Shown here in pieces: positions 37,637 through 47,528 of a stretch of DNA of 64,000 nucleotides (position 1 is the first letter of the stretch; each line of letters opens with the position of its first letter). The translations under genes were made by a program, and so were the position numbers. This stretch comes from a bacterium. Lineage in GTDB: Bacteria > Patescibacteriota > Saccharimonadia > Saccharimonadales > SZUA-47. The stretch is from positions 25,273 to 89,272 of the forward strand of contig JAYUWM010000074.1 of assembly GCA_043753565.1 (NCBI GenBank). The letters run 5' to 3'. Under the pieces are notes generated by a model. That model did no database searches, had not been told where the DNA came from, and worked only from the letters and a program-made list of their open reading frames with translations.

Positions 37637-38580
37637 AGTCCTGTTACTTCCCAGCCTTTACGCATGTAAAAGCCTTGTCTATTTCTATTTTGTACCCTAT
37701 CACTAGGCCCGCTAAAGTTAATATCTATAGCTACCGGTGCTAACTTGTTTTTGTGCTCACGTTGAATACGCCCTATTAGCTGCTCTAGTAATGCATCATT
37801 GGCAATAGGCTCTGCTAATATTATGCAGCTAAGGATATTGATGGAGATACCCTCTGAGAAGATTTGGCGCGAACCAGCAATGCAGCTCTTTTCACCGTCT
37901 TCAACTTGTCGTTTGAGCTCTTTACGTTCTTCGAAGGTTGTCCCCCCAGTAATACACACACATTCATCACCAATAAGCTCCTTTACTTGTTCTAAGAATT
38001 CAACTCTACTAGCTACTACTAATACTTTGTACCCTTTAGCAATCTGTACTTTAGCTAATCCTGCTATAAACTGCTGATAGTTGGGGTCGTATAAGAGGTT
38101 ATTAATTTTAATTACCCAAGGGTCTCCTTGGGACAATGAAATGCCAGGTTTCATAACTATAACGCTAGGCGTCATAGTATGAGATTGTGCAGGCTGCAAC
38201 AGCTTAGGGCCGAAGAAATCTTTGAATAAGATATGCCTACCGTCTACGCGTACCATAGTACCTGATAAGCCTATACGGTACTTAGCGTACATACCATCAA
38301 TAAAGTCTGTAAAGGTTGTAGCAGGGCAGTGATGTGCTTCGTCTACAATAACAGTACCAAACTCTTTAGATATTTTAGGAAGTAGTTTAGTTAGTGTTTG
38401 AATATTACCAACTACAATAGTATGGTCAATATCAAACTCCCCGCTACCTATAATACCAACAGGCATACCGTACAGGGCCTGCACTTCTTCAATCCACTGA
38501 TCTCTAAGCATTGTATTGTGACATACGATCAAAGTCTTCTGCCCGAGCTTTCTAGCAATGTGAAGGGCTGTGAATGTTTT
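37633..38580 (-). CDS. SF2 (DEAH) helicase, exon 2
   Basis: Starts KTFTALHIA (second half of Walker A); contains DEAH, SGT and QLIGRIQR motifs. The track ATG 38583-38581 is proposed to be the intron end. Confidence 0.75.
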   Translation of the reverse strand, partial: KTFTALHIARKLGQKTLIVCHNTMLRDQWIEEVQALYGMPVGIIGSGEFDIDHTIVVGNIQTLTKLLPKISKEFGTVIVDEAHHCPATTFTDFIDGMYAKYRIGLSGTMVRVDGRHILFKDFFGPKLLQPAQSHTMTPSVIVMKPGISLSQGDPWVIKINNLLYDPNYQQFIAGLAKVQIAKGYKVLVVASRVEFLEQVKELIGDECVCITGGTTFEERKELKRQVEDGEKSCIAGSRQIFSEGISINILSCIILAEPIANDALLEQLIGRIQREHKNKLAPVAIDINFSGPSDRVQNRNRQGFYMRKGWEVTGL

Positions 38581-39581
38581 CATTTATGGACTATACCATT
38601 ATCTTATAACTAACGACGCTATTTTGAATTTTCTATCAAGTCTGGTAGCTGTAGTAGAGTTTTTATATAGCATATTTATTAAGACGGCACTATCATCAAG
38701 TGTAAATCTAATATTATAAACTTGACCCTTAGGGTTTATATTTAATACTATTTTTTGTTCGATAGACTTATTAAGTAATATTTCACAAATACTTTTAAAC
38801 TCTTCTAAGAAACTTTTATTAGCGGAGCACAAACTTAAAGCTACTCTACCTGAAGCAGTTAAATTTAAGTTACCGTCCCCTTCTATATACCCACGCATAA
38901 ACTCTAAGAACAAGTAATCCTCAGTAAAATAGGGTAGCATATAGGTGTGTGTCTTAGCAGGGGTTATATTAAATATACTATTTAAATCCTGTACCATCTT
39001 TTCACTATTAAATCTAATTCTAAACGCAGACTCCTGCATAAAGGGACAAATATCGTGCGAAGAAGAAACGGCTAATTTGAATTTCTCTAAGTGACCTATA
39101 TCCTGCTTTTGTAAAGCTAATCCTACTCTATTACGTTCACCCTCTATCCAACCATCTGCCGCCAAAAAGCCTGCCCAGTAATTAGAAGATTTCGTATTAT
39201 TAGAGAAAAAATGCTCGTTTAATAGTTTCTTTTTTGAGAAATCTAAACCCCATCCTTTAGTTCTATAATTTACTTGTCGTTCTGTTAAATTAAAGTGCCT
39301 ACCAATTTGACTAAAAGTTAGTCCAGTTGCGCGTAGTTCTAAAAATTCTTCTAATGTCATTGTGTATCCCATATGTGGATTTGATACGTTAAATAAGATA
39401 TTCGCCGTGTTATACCTATATAGGTATCCCAGTCAACTTCTGTTCTAGAAGTTCTGTGAGTCTCTGAACCATTTGAAGGTATCCCTACCAACTCTGGCTG
39501 CTGATTATCCTTATTAAGGGCCTTCCAGCAATTGAGCGAATTTATTACCCTTTAATTACTTAAAGGGAGGGCAAAACGTCT
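38581..39581 (-). mobile_element. group I intron carrying a LAGLIDADG homing endonuclease ORF
   Basis: Exon 1 ends ..GGUUGGGGU and the intron ends ..AAAUG. Guide sequence GUUUU-GCCCU (39577-39568) pairs with exon 2 AAAAC (P10) and exon 1 GGGGU (P1, with U.G at the splice site). Splicing restores GWG|KT. Confidence 0.7.
38599..39372 (-). CDS. LAGLIDADG homing endonuclease (intron-encoded)
   Basis: Two motifs, WAGFLAADGWI and FMRGYIEGDGNL, plus an N-terminal HTH-like segment. Confidence 0.8.
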   Translation of the reverse strand: MGYTMTLEEFLELRATGLTFSQIGRHFNLTERQVNYRTKGWGLDFSKKKLLNEHFFSNNTKSSNYWAGFLAADGWIEGERNRVGLALQKQDIGHLEKFKLAVSSSHDICPFMQESAFRIRFNSEKMVQDLNSIFNITPAKTHTYMLPYFTEDYLFLEFMRGYIEGDGNLNLTASGRVALSLCSANKSFLEEFKSICEILLNKSIEQKIVLNINPKGQVYNIRFTLDDSAVLINMLYKNSTTATRLDRKFKIASLVIR

Positions 39582-39803
39582 ACCCCAACCAACTAGCGCA
39601 TTGATAAAGCAAGAGCCATCTACAGTATCGTATACTTCTTGCTGTCCGTCTCTAAGAGGGAATCTAGCATTTGGAAAAGGTAACTCATGCAGGCTACGTT
39701 TATCAATAATTTCATGACCTGCGGGTATTAAGTCTTCTCGGCCTACCGGAATAGACATAATACCACGTGGTAGCATTTTATAGTTTTTTACAATATCAAA
39801 CAT
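39582..39803 (-). CDS. SF2 helicase, exon 1
   Basis: Ends ...FPLRDGQQEVYDTVDGSCFINALVGWG (first half of Walker A). The frame stays open upstream to 39923 (possible ATT start after AAGGGAG). Confidence 0.65.
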
Positions 39804-39924
39804 ACCAAAAGAAATACCTGGTCTAGGTTTTTTCTTTATCTTGTATGTTAAAGCCTTGACAAGATTATTAGATATCTCAGGCGTAGTGTCTAGATATATT
39901 CTATTAGAAATAATTGCTTTAATA

Positions 39925-40290
39925 CTATACTCCCTTTGTTACTAGGTGCACGTAAACTAAAAGTTTACGTGCTTTAGCGACTGTAATCATATTAGCAGTC
40001 CCTCTGCTTTCTCCATCCCATAAGGCTACTAAGCAGTCTGCATTTTCTGCCATTTGAGCGTTACGTATGAATCCGGCTTTACGCCCATATACGTCCCAGG
40101 AAGCTAAAAACTCTTCTACAGGTACATTATTTAACTTACCCCATTGCCTACCTAGCTCGTCAGCACCCTTAGCGCCTCCGCATATAACTGTAGTAGGGGT
40201 CCAGGCAATATTGGCTAGGGCTGCTTCTAACAGTTTAGGGTCGGTAACGCCTCTACCGCCTGCTATAATAGTTCTCATACTAATCTCCAT
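39925..40290 (-). CDS. SLOG/DUF2493-like nucleotide-binding protein
   Basis: IIAGGRG...VICGGAKGADELG...ALWDGESRGT pattern. Confidence 0.6.
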   Translation of the reverse strand: MEISMRTIIAGGRGVTDPKLLEAALANIAWTPTTVICGGAKGADELGRQWGKLNNVPVEEFLASWDVYGRKAGFIRNAQMAENADCLVALWDGESRGTANMITVAKARKLLVYVHLVTKGV

Positions 40291-40817
40291 GTATCATCAA
40301 ATTTTTCAGTGTAAAATCCGTACAGGATAATAGACTTACCGAAGTGTAGCAGTCCGACGTATTTCTCGTGTACACTAGGGGGGTATAGGCTCTTAAATCT
40401 AGTAGGTACACCCTTGGCTTCGATAATTGCACCACCAGTATTAATAGGTATGTTTCTATTAATTAGATAAAAGCAGAGTTTAGCTCTAGTAGCCTTATCA
40501 TATTTAAATACTTTACCATTAGAATCAATAAACCAAGTGTGCGGTGTAGCTATTTTAATTAAGTCTCCTAAAAAGAAGATAGCTTGATCAATTCTATATA
40601 AAGGTACTTCATGTAACGATAGTTGTAGTCTACGTAACGCTAAAGTGGGCTTATCTATATTTTTATCGTCTACTAACTTATACTGACTAGTAACTACACC
40701 TTCTACTTCTCGTTCATAATAGTAGAAAACTACCCCGTTTTCTATAATAGGTTTATGTACTCCTAGCCTAAATACGGGGTACGTTATCTTATCAAGTGAC
40801 GTGCTACTCAGTATCAT
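40275..40817 (-). CDS. hypothetical protein
   Basis: 180-aa ORF overlapping both neighbours. Confidence 0.5.
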   Translation of the reverse strand: MILSSTSLDKITYPVFRLGVHKPIIENGVVFYYYEREVEGVVTSQYKLVDDKNIDKPTLALRRLQLSLHEVPLYRIDQAIFFLGDLIKIATPHTWFIDSNGKVFKYDKATRAKLCFYLINRNIPINTGGAIIEAKGVPTRFKSLYPPSVHEKYVGLLHFGKSIILYGFYTEKFDDTWRLV

Positions 40818-43098
40818 TTTTTATCAGAGCTCCGTCTCTAATGCTATAGTAATCTTCAAAAGCACCAAAAGCGTAGTCTTGCCCAATATCTTGGTCAACA
40901 CCAATAGAAGCACTTATAATAGAGCACCCCCGGTCTTTCTTAGTATTGCGCTTTAGAATTTCACAGTACTCGTCTACATCTTCATCTTTTACTATGGATA
41001 CAATAGAATCATGTACTAACATAAAAATCTTAGCGTCTAGTCGTTTATCAGCAGCTTCATTAGCTGTATCAATTGCACCAAGTAAGTTTACATCACTGCA
41101 CAGTGATTGGATCTCTGCGTTAATGCCAGATCGTACCTCGTGGGCAGCGATACCTTTATCTGAGGAGAACACATTAATAAGGCGACGCTTACGCCCAAAG
41201 AAACTGTAAGTATAACCATTAGCTTCAATGAACTCTTTACGGGACTTAAGCCATGATTTAAGTTTGTTGAACTTATCGAAGTAAGCCTTAATATCTTCTC
41301 TTGCTCTGTCAATTCCATAGTATTCCCCTGTAGCTTTTGAAACGGTATCTGATACCTTCTGCGGCCCGCTTCCATATAAAATGCCAAATGAAATGGCTTT
41401 GGCTGACTGTCTCATCGAGCCGTATAGCTTCTTTACGTCTTCTACTGCACAAGGCAAGTCAAAAACCATTTTAGCAATAGTAGAGTGAAAATCTCCGCCG
41501 TCTTTAAATACTTGCTGTAGGTTCTTATCGCCACTTAGCACTGCGGCATAGTACATCTCTCCTGTCTGCAAATCCTGTGAGATTATTTTATAGCCAGGCG
41601 GAGCAACAATGCACCCTTTAATAATGGGGTTATCTCTAGGTATTTGCTGCGCATTAAACTTACCACTACTAGACAAACGCCCAGAAGTGGTAAAAATAAG
41701 ATTAAAATTTGTACGAATTCGACCATCTCTGTCTAGCTCCGGTAAAATTTTACTAATATAGGTACTCTTGATCTTTCCTAGTTGCCTGACTTTAAGAATT
41801 GCAGCAGGTAATGGGTGTTCTTCTGCTAGAAGTGTTAGTACTTCAGCATCAGTAGAGATTGCACCAGTTCCCGTAAGCTTACCCTGAATAGGGTTAAGCT
41901 TTACGTAGTCAAACAGTACTTTACGTAGTTGTTGTACTGAATTAGGGTTAAAGATAATGCCTGCATCTGTTTCAAAGTTTTTAACATGGTCAAAAGCGTA
42001 AATCTCTTCTTTAGCTTCTAGAATCCAACGGTCTAAGTACGTATTAGCTTGAACCATACGTTCTTTACTAATAGGAATACCTACTTCTTCCATGTCCATT
42101 AAGAACAAAGTACCAGGAATCATTAGTGTATTGTATACATTAAGAATTTTAGCATTTTTTTGGATAATAGGCCAGAATTTCTGAAATAAATCATAAGTTA
42201 CAGCGGTATCAATTGCCGCGTACTTACTAATAAGATCGAAAGGAATAAGATCGTATGTAAAGTCATCGCTAGATACGCCCATTCTAGCACAATAGGCCTT
42301 CTTAAACTCGTCTAGCTCTGTATCGTAATCTCCGTAGTCCGTGTACTTTAGAGCTAAAGGTTTTAGTCCATGGCCTTCATTTTCATCTAAACAGTAGTGC
42401 ATACACATGGTATCATGTACTCGACTGCGATCAAATTTAATACCAAGATGATACTCAATCATTTTAATGTCAAACTTCATATTATGAAAGATACTAGAGT
42501 ACTTTTTAATGATTTCGTTTAAGATCTCTAGACACTCTTCGTCTATACAGTCGGTGCTGACGTAAGCACCGTGTTTGGATTTATACGACATAGACAGTCC
42601 TAGTACGTACCCATCTCTAGGGTACAAACAAGTAGTTTCCGTGTCCCAAGCTACGTATCCTTGAGCATTTTCTAATACTTCTTTAAAGAATTCAATAGCT
42701 TTAGTAGTACTATTAATACCTAAGTAGTCTCCCGTAGCTTTGGCATTAGTTAATGCTCCCGTAACGTACTTATGAATACGGTCTACTGCACGCGTAAAGG
42801 CTTCTTTACCTTCCGGTTTAAAATGCAAGATAGCGGGGTTACTAATACAGATAAACTTATCGTACATTAGCTGTCCAGCGTAATTAGTAACAGAACTGAT
42901 TTTAGCATATTCTTTAGCGGCTTCAGACCCGACTAAGATAACATAGTTATAAGGTTCTAAGTCTACAATTAAGTCTACGTCCTTTTTTAACAGTTTAGGG
43001 ACTGGTACACTAGACATATGGTACGTATCAAACTCAAACTTAAAGTAGTCTTTATAGTTATTTCTGCTAGGGGCTTTGTCTATTACTGCAATTTTCAT
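40804..43098 (-). CDS. DNA polymerase, family A, with 3'-5' exonuclease domain
   Basis: Exonuclease motif WDTET; polymerase motifs RQSAKAISFGILYGSG and LVHDS. Confidence 0.9.
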   Translation of the reverse strand: MKIAVIDKAPSRNNYKDYFKFEFDTYHMSSVPVPKLLKKDVDLIVDLEPYNYVILVGSEAAKEYAKISSVTNYAGQLMYDKFICISNPAILHFKPEGKEAFTRAVDRIHKYVTGALTNAKATGDYLGINSTTKAIEFFKEVLENAQGYVAWDTETTCLYPRDGYVLGLSMSYKSKHGAYVSTDCIDEECLEILNEIIKKYSSIFHNMKFDIKMIEYHLGIKFDRSRVHDTMCMHYCLDENEGHGLKPLALKYTDYGDYDTELDEFKKAYCARMGVSSDDFTYDLIPFDLISKYAAIDTAVTYDLFQKFWPIIQKNAKILNVYNTLMIPGTLFLMDMEEVGIPISKERMVQANTYLDRWILEAKEEIYAFDHVKNFETDAGIIFNPNSVQQLRKVLFDYVKLNPIQGKLTGTGAISTDAEVLTLLAEEHPLPAAILKVRQLGKIKSTYISKILPELDRDGRIRTNFNLIFTTSGRLSSSGKFNAQQIPRDNPIIKGCIVAPPGYKIISQDLQTGEMYYAAVLSGDKNLQQVFKDGGDFHSTIAKMVFDLPCAVEDVKKLYGSMRQSAKAISFGILYGSGPQKVSDTVSKATGEYYGIDRAREDIKAYFDKFNKLKSWLKSRKEFIEANGYTYSFFGRKRRLINVFSSDKGIAAHEVRSGINAEIQSLCSDVNLLGAIDTANEAADKRLDAKIFMLVHDSIVSIVKDEDVDEYCEILKRNTKKDRGCSIISASIGVDQDIGQDYAFGAFEDYYSIRDGALIKNDTE

Positions 43099-43131
43099 TT
43101 ATTTCCTTTTAGATACCTTTACTAAGGTGTA

Positions 43132-43989
43132 TCAAGTTCCTTTTGTATATTCTATTAGTGAATGTATGTCTTCAGTACTCATTGTACCAGGATCAACGCC
43201 ATCTGGCAAGTCTACTATTTCTACGGTGAAACCTGCTTCTTCAATTAAAGGTTTAATCTTTTTTGCGGCTTCGCGTCCAGGAGCGTCTCCATCATATAGA
43301 ATAAATACTTTTTCAATGCCCATTACCTTATAGCTTAGCATCTTCTGAGCTACGTCGTTATTAAGCTTACTAGTACCAAAAGTACATACTACGTTATGTA
43401 AACCGTTATCGTAACAATTAAGCATATCAAATATACCCTCTACTAGAACAATACTAGTAAAGTGCTCATCAAATCTGGCAGGGTACATAGGTATAGTTGC
43501 GCCTGTAGGATAATTAACGTATCTAGGATTTCCGTTAGACATAGTATGTCTACCTACGTAGCATACAGTTTTGTTTCGCACGTCTTTAACAGGAAAAACT
43601 ATTCGGTCTTCCATAACAGAAACTTTATCAGTAGAAAACGCGTCAAAATATTTCAAGGTTTTGGCGCTGACTCCGCGAAATGCGGAAGTGTAGGGGGTGC
43701 TACCTTCCATAGGCTCTAGTCCGTTAGTACTCTCGCTCAAGGCTTTAAGCTTCTCTTTAAGTTTAGCTATTCTAATAGAGACGTTATTAGTTAATAGCCC
43801 GTAAAATTTAAATAGGTTAGCTTTGTAGCCGCAAGAAAAGCAGTGGCATATCCCGGTAATCTTATCAATTCTAAAACTAGGAGTATTATCGGAGTGGTCT
43901 GGATTAAAGCACGTGGTAACGTAGTCCTTGCCTGAAATAGAGAAAGAAACCCCTTTTTCTTTTAGAAGTTCTAGTACTGGGTCACTCAT
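43132..43989 (-). CDS. DNA primase (DnaG-like, CHC2 zinc finger + Toprim)
   Basis: CFNPDHSDNTPSF...CHCFSCG zinc finger; Toprim EGIFD...DGDAPG. Confidence 0.85.
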   Translation of the reverse strand: MSDPVLELLKEKGVSFSISGKDYVTTCFNPDHSDNTPSFRIDKITGICHCFSCGYKANLFKFYGLLTNNVSIRIAKLKEKLKALSESTNGLEPMEGSTPYTSAFRGVSAKTLKYFDAFSTDKVSVMEDRIVFPVKDVRNKTVCYVGRHTMSNGNPRYVNYPTGATIPMYPARFDEHFTSIVLVEGIFDMLNCYDNGLHNVVCTFGTSKLNNDVAQKMLSYKVMGIEKVFILYDGDAPGREAAKKIKPLIEEAGFTVEIVDLPDGVDPGTMSTEDIHSLIEYTKGT

Positions 43990-44188
43990 TATTTGCCCTA
44001 TTAAAATCTTTGCAAGCTTTCCACCCCTGCTGGAAAGCTAACAACCTTTCCCATACTCCAGGCTCTGTCCACGTCCCGTCAGCAGTTTTAGCTAAACTAG
44101 CGTTATCTGGGTGCGCCCAGTAGTCCATGCTTATGTAAGCTATTTCGGATTCGCTAGATAGACCGCTAGGGTGCGCTACGCATCCCAT
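43982..44188 (-). CDS. hypothetical protein
   Basis: 68-aa ORF coupled between helicase and primase. Confidence 0.45.
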   Translation of the reverse strand: MGCVAHPSGLSSESEIAYISMDYWAHPDNASLAKTADGTWTEPGVWERLLAFQQGWKACKDFNRANNE

Positions 44189-45558
44189 GCTAGATCTCCT
44201 GCTTTTTCTTCTGTGGCGTGCGCTCTTTTCATACTATCCTTTTTAGGCTTTTCTGCAACTACAGGTTTCTCGATTGAAATTGGGCTAATACGAAGAGTGT
44301 CCCAATCTATAGGGCTAGTAAATTTCATTTCCTTAGCTCCTCGAATTTTGGTAGTCTCCATGCTAATAGCACTATCTTCTTTTGTATGTGCTTCCATAAT
44401 TACGGCAATATCCGCGGCATCTAAAATACCCTTAGCAAACCTAGTTTGGCCCGTATCATCAATCTGATAAGGTGAGACCATAACAACGTCGTGCTTGCGA
44501 GCTAGCTCTTTTAATTTCTTACTGATTACTAATTGAGGCTGCCAGTCAAACTGAGACCCGGTACCTTCTACAACAATTTGATTAAGGTAGTCTACTACTA
44601 CTGTAGTTAGCTTGTCCCCAAAGCGCGCTTTAACTTTACCAATATGAAGGTCTAGGGAGGTAAGGCTTAGTGCTCTATCGTCAACAATAATCATTTGAGC
44701 TTCTTGCAACTCGCATTCTCGGACAATACTCTCTTCGAAGATATAAGGGTCTCTGCTCTTTAAAAACTCTTGAACAAAGGGATCTGCCCCTACAAACATA
44801 GCGCCACGGGCTTTAATGACTTTTAGCATCTCGTCATCGGTGAGCTTATTGTTCTTAAGATTCATATGGTTGACGTTAGCTAGAATACTCATATTCCTTG
44901 TTAACGTTTCCTGCGCAATCATCTCAATAGTGAAGTATATACTTGTATTGCCCATCTCATACTGATTAATCATTAGGTTGCTACAGGTAATAGACTTACC
45001 AGAACCGCGTTTACCTCCAATAAGTATAAGCTCTTGTCGGGCTACTCCACCTAGTACTGAATCAAAAGTGTTGTTAAGGCCCAGGTGCACTCGGTTTTTA
45101 GCCAGTTCTTCTGGTCTTACAAAAACCATGATCTCATTCATTCCGAAAACGCCTTCAGTTTTCAGCGTCTTCTCGTCTAGTTTCATTACAATACTAGCTA
45201 GACTTTCTTTTATTTCTGTAGTGTCGTATAAGGGTAGTTTATCAATAAACTTGTCCAATAGCATAATACACTCATTTTGAGTGTACTGGTCTATAAGTGC
45301 GTCTAAGGCTACTTCTGCACTTACCTCTGTTTCATCAATAAGCCTAAGCGTGGCTAATGTCTTCTGCGCAATTCCTTCTCTGGATGTTGTCTCTAGGTCA
45401 TCAAAACTAGGGACGGTACTATACTTGTCGTAGTGTTTAGTGATAAGGTTGTAAACTGAGGAATAGGCAGGGTCAAGGAATACTAGCTTTAGTTTGGCCC
45501 AGACGTCAATATTTTTCTCTAATAAGAGCTTATTCAAAACTACTGCTGAAATATCCAT
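44176..45558 (-). CDS. replicative DNA helicase (DnaB-like)
   Basis: Walker A GGKRGSGKS, Walker B IIVDD, RecA-fold C-terminal domain. Confidence 0.75.
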   Translation of the reverse strand: MDISAVVLNKLLLEKNIDVWAKLKLVFLDPAYSSVYNLITKHYDKYSTVPSFDDLETTSREGIAQKTLATLRLIDETEVSAEVALDALIDQYTQNECIMLLDKFIDKLPLYDTTEIKESLASIVMKLDEKTLKTEGVFGMNEIMVFVRPEELAKNRVHLGLNNTFDSVLGGVARQELILIGGKRGSGKSITCSNLMINQYEMGNTSIYFTIEMIAQETLTRNMSILANVNHMNLKNNKLTDDEMLKVIKARGAMFVGADPFVQEFLKSRDPYIFEESIVRECELQEAQMIIVDDRALSLTSLDLHIGKVKARFGDKLTTVVVDYLNQIVVEGTGSQFDWQPQLVISKKLKELARKHDVVMVSPYQIDDTGQTRFAKGILDAADIAVIMEAHTKEDSAISMETTKIRGAKEMKFTSPIDWDTLRISPISIEKPVVAEKPKKDSMKRAHATEEKAGDLAWDA

Positions 45559-45587
45559 TTGGCTCCTATGTGGTTACTCACCACACA

Positions 45588-45893
45588 TTACGCTGCGGCT
45601 ACTTTAGTTTCATTATCAATAATGACCTGGTCTAAAATTTCTTCTAGTTTGTACAGAGTTTCTGATCTAAGCCGCTGAAGGCTGGCATGATACCCATGTT
45701 TGTCGTCATACAACAAGCCTAGTTGCTGATGTGTTATAATCTGCTGTAGCCCAAAATAGATTAGGTCATGTGCCTTAGCCGACTCCGGCATAATGTCTAC
45801 TTTAACCGTTTTTCCGTAATTATGCTCAGCTTGTTTCACAACCTCTTCTGATGTGAAAGCTTCGTTATCATGGTAAGTTATGGTAATTTTCAT
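45588..45893 (-). CDS. hypothetical protein
   Basis: 101-aa ORF. Confidence 0.5.
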   Translation of the reverse strand: MKITITYHDNEAFTSEEVVKQAEHNYGKTVKVDIMPESAKAHDLIYFGLQQIITHQQLGLLYDDKHGYHASLQRLRSETLYKLEEILDQVIIDNETKVAAA

Positions 45894-45903
45894 AGTATAA
45901 ACT

Positions 45904-45937
45904 AAAAAAGGCCGGGAGCTATATGTAACTCCCGGCC
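45904..45937 (-). terminator. rho-independent terminator
   Basis: Minus-strand stem GGCCGGGAG/CTCCCGGCC followed by UUUUUU. Confidence 0.75.
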
Positions 45938-45956
45938 TATTATTTAATCAATTAGA

Positions 45957-46703
45957 TTAAGCTGCTTTAGCTTCTGCTTTAGCTTTTTTAGCCTGACCAT
46001 CATAATCAGCAACTTTAATGCCGCGACGGGTAAGCAGTGTCTTCAAGCCACGCTCTGTTTTATCCACAGCTTTAGCAATTTCAGCCACGGTCATGGTTGC
46101 AATTGCGTCACCCAAGTCAGTAACAGGGTCTGTTACGTTCTTAGCGTGACTGATCTGCTGCGCAGGAATCTTCTCAATTTGTCCGTTACGGGTTAGGGAC
46201 AGAGCCTTACCGCGAACACTAGCAATAGTCTTGCCAAGTGTGGCTGCAATTTCTTCAATGAATTTACCTGCTTGTGCCATCTTAACAAACACGCCTTCTT
46301 CTGCTGTAGTGTACGTACGCGCTACTTCTACCTTTTCAGCAGCTTTAACACTACCAGTCAACTCAAGAGCAAGAAGCTTGCCCTGAATCTGCTTTGCACT
46401 AAAGGAACCGCCGTCGAACTGCTCGGAGATTTCTTTATACGTCAAATTACCTGCATTACGGCTTACAAATGCGCTCAAAGCAGCACCTTGCTCAGGAGTA
46501 AAGGCAGTAACTTTTTCTTTTGCCATCGAAGCAACTTCACGGTCTAGTTGACGCAGCTTAGAAGCAACAGAACGGGGGGTGAGTTCCATTGTGGCAGCAG
46601 CTTGTTCAACAGAGGCAACGCTTACAGGTGAACTATCTCCTACGATCGACAGGAGTTGTTCAACAGTAGCATCAGACCATTTTTTAGCTTTTGATTCAGT
46701 CAT
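45957..46703 (-). CDS. four-repeat HTH-like protein (hypothetical)
   Basis: Four ~55-aa units, each ending in a ...(I/L)A..LG.(T/S)..SVR.KL..L-like helix. A single-unit paralogue is at 51871..52233. Confidence 0.5.
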   Translation of the reverse strand: MTESKAKKWSDATVEQLLSIVGDSSPVSVASVEQAAATMELTPRSVASKLRQLDREVASMAKEKVTAFTPEQGAALSAFVSRNAGNLTYKEISEQFDGGSFSAKQIQGKLLALELTGSVKAAEKVEVARTYTTAEEGVFVKMAQAGKFIEEIAATLGKTIASVRGKALSLTRNGQIEKIPAQQISHAKNVTDPVTDLGDAIATMTVAEIAKAVDKTERGLKTLLTRRGIKVADYDGQAKKAKAEAKAA

Positions 46704-47458
46704 TAATTTATTTCTTTCAGTAGATCATTTAGATCGGTTATAATTGTAATACCGTATTGAACGGCTTTTTCCCGTTTACTAGACATTTTGCCTTCTTCGT
46801 CTACTAGATAATCTGTAGTTTTAGTTACAGAATCTACTAGAATGTAGCCTGCCGCTGAAAGGGAAGCTTCAGCATCGACTTTCTTCTTGAAGGACTTTAA
46901 CTTACCAGTAATACAAACACGTTTAGCATCTGTATTAACTAATTTCTTCTCCGAACTCTTAAAACTAAAGGGCATAAACTCTTTAATTTCTGGGTACTCT
47001 GTACTAATCCAGTTTAATAGATTAGCTGTTACCTTATCTCCTAGACCTGCTATTTTGCAGGTTTCCTGATTAATTTCTTCAATTGAGGAAACCGTATCAG
47101 CAATCTTCTTAGCAGCAGTTCCGCCAACTAGCGGTATGCTGAAAGCGGCGATTACTGCTGCTAGATCTGCACCCTTAGCGCGCTCAATTTCATCTAGTAG
47201 TTTGTCTGCTGTTTTGGCACCGAGAGCTTCTATTACCATATCTCTATCGAGATAGAACAGCTCGGTAATATCTGCTAAATTTAGTTTTTCAATAGTTTTA
47301 GGGCCAAAGCCTTTAATCTGTAAAACTTTGCAGAAATTCTCTAGTTTCTTATTAAGTTGAGCAGTACATGCCGTGTTTCTGCAGAACAGCTGCTCATTAA
47401 CAAAAATAAGCGAGTATTCGCAACAAGGACACGTAGTGGGAATCTCAATCTTTTGCAT
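46703..47458 (-). CDS. NAD-dependent DNA ligase, C-terminal piece (Zn finger-HhH-BRCT)
   Basis: CPCC...C..C zinc finger, GFGPKT HhH repeats, BRCT-like ITGKL...V. Confidence 0.75.
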   Translation of the reverse strand: MQKIEIPTTCPCCEYSLIFVNEQLFCRNTACTAQLNKKLENFCKVLQIKGFGPKTIEKLNLADITELFYLDRDMVIEALGAKTADKLLDEIERAKGADLAAVIAAFSIPLVGGTAAKKIADTVSSIEEINQETCKIAGLGDKVTANLLNWISTEYPEIKEFMPFSFKSSEKKLVNTDAKRVCITGKLKSFKKKVDAEASLSAAGYILVDSVTKTTDYLVDEEGKMSSKREKAVQYGITIITDLNDLLKEIN

Positions 47459-47482
47459 AGTTCGTTTTCGGTTTATGTATTA

Positions 47483-47511
47483 ATTATAACCCAAAAGGGT
47501 ACGTTGCACAA
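47483..47511 (-). promoter_or_regulatory. possible promoter TTGTGC-17-TATAAT between ligase pieces
   Basis: -10 at 47488-47483, weak -35 at 47511-47506. Confidence 0.35.
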
Positions 47512-47528
47512 GTCTAAATTTTTAATGC

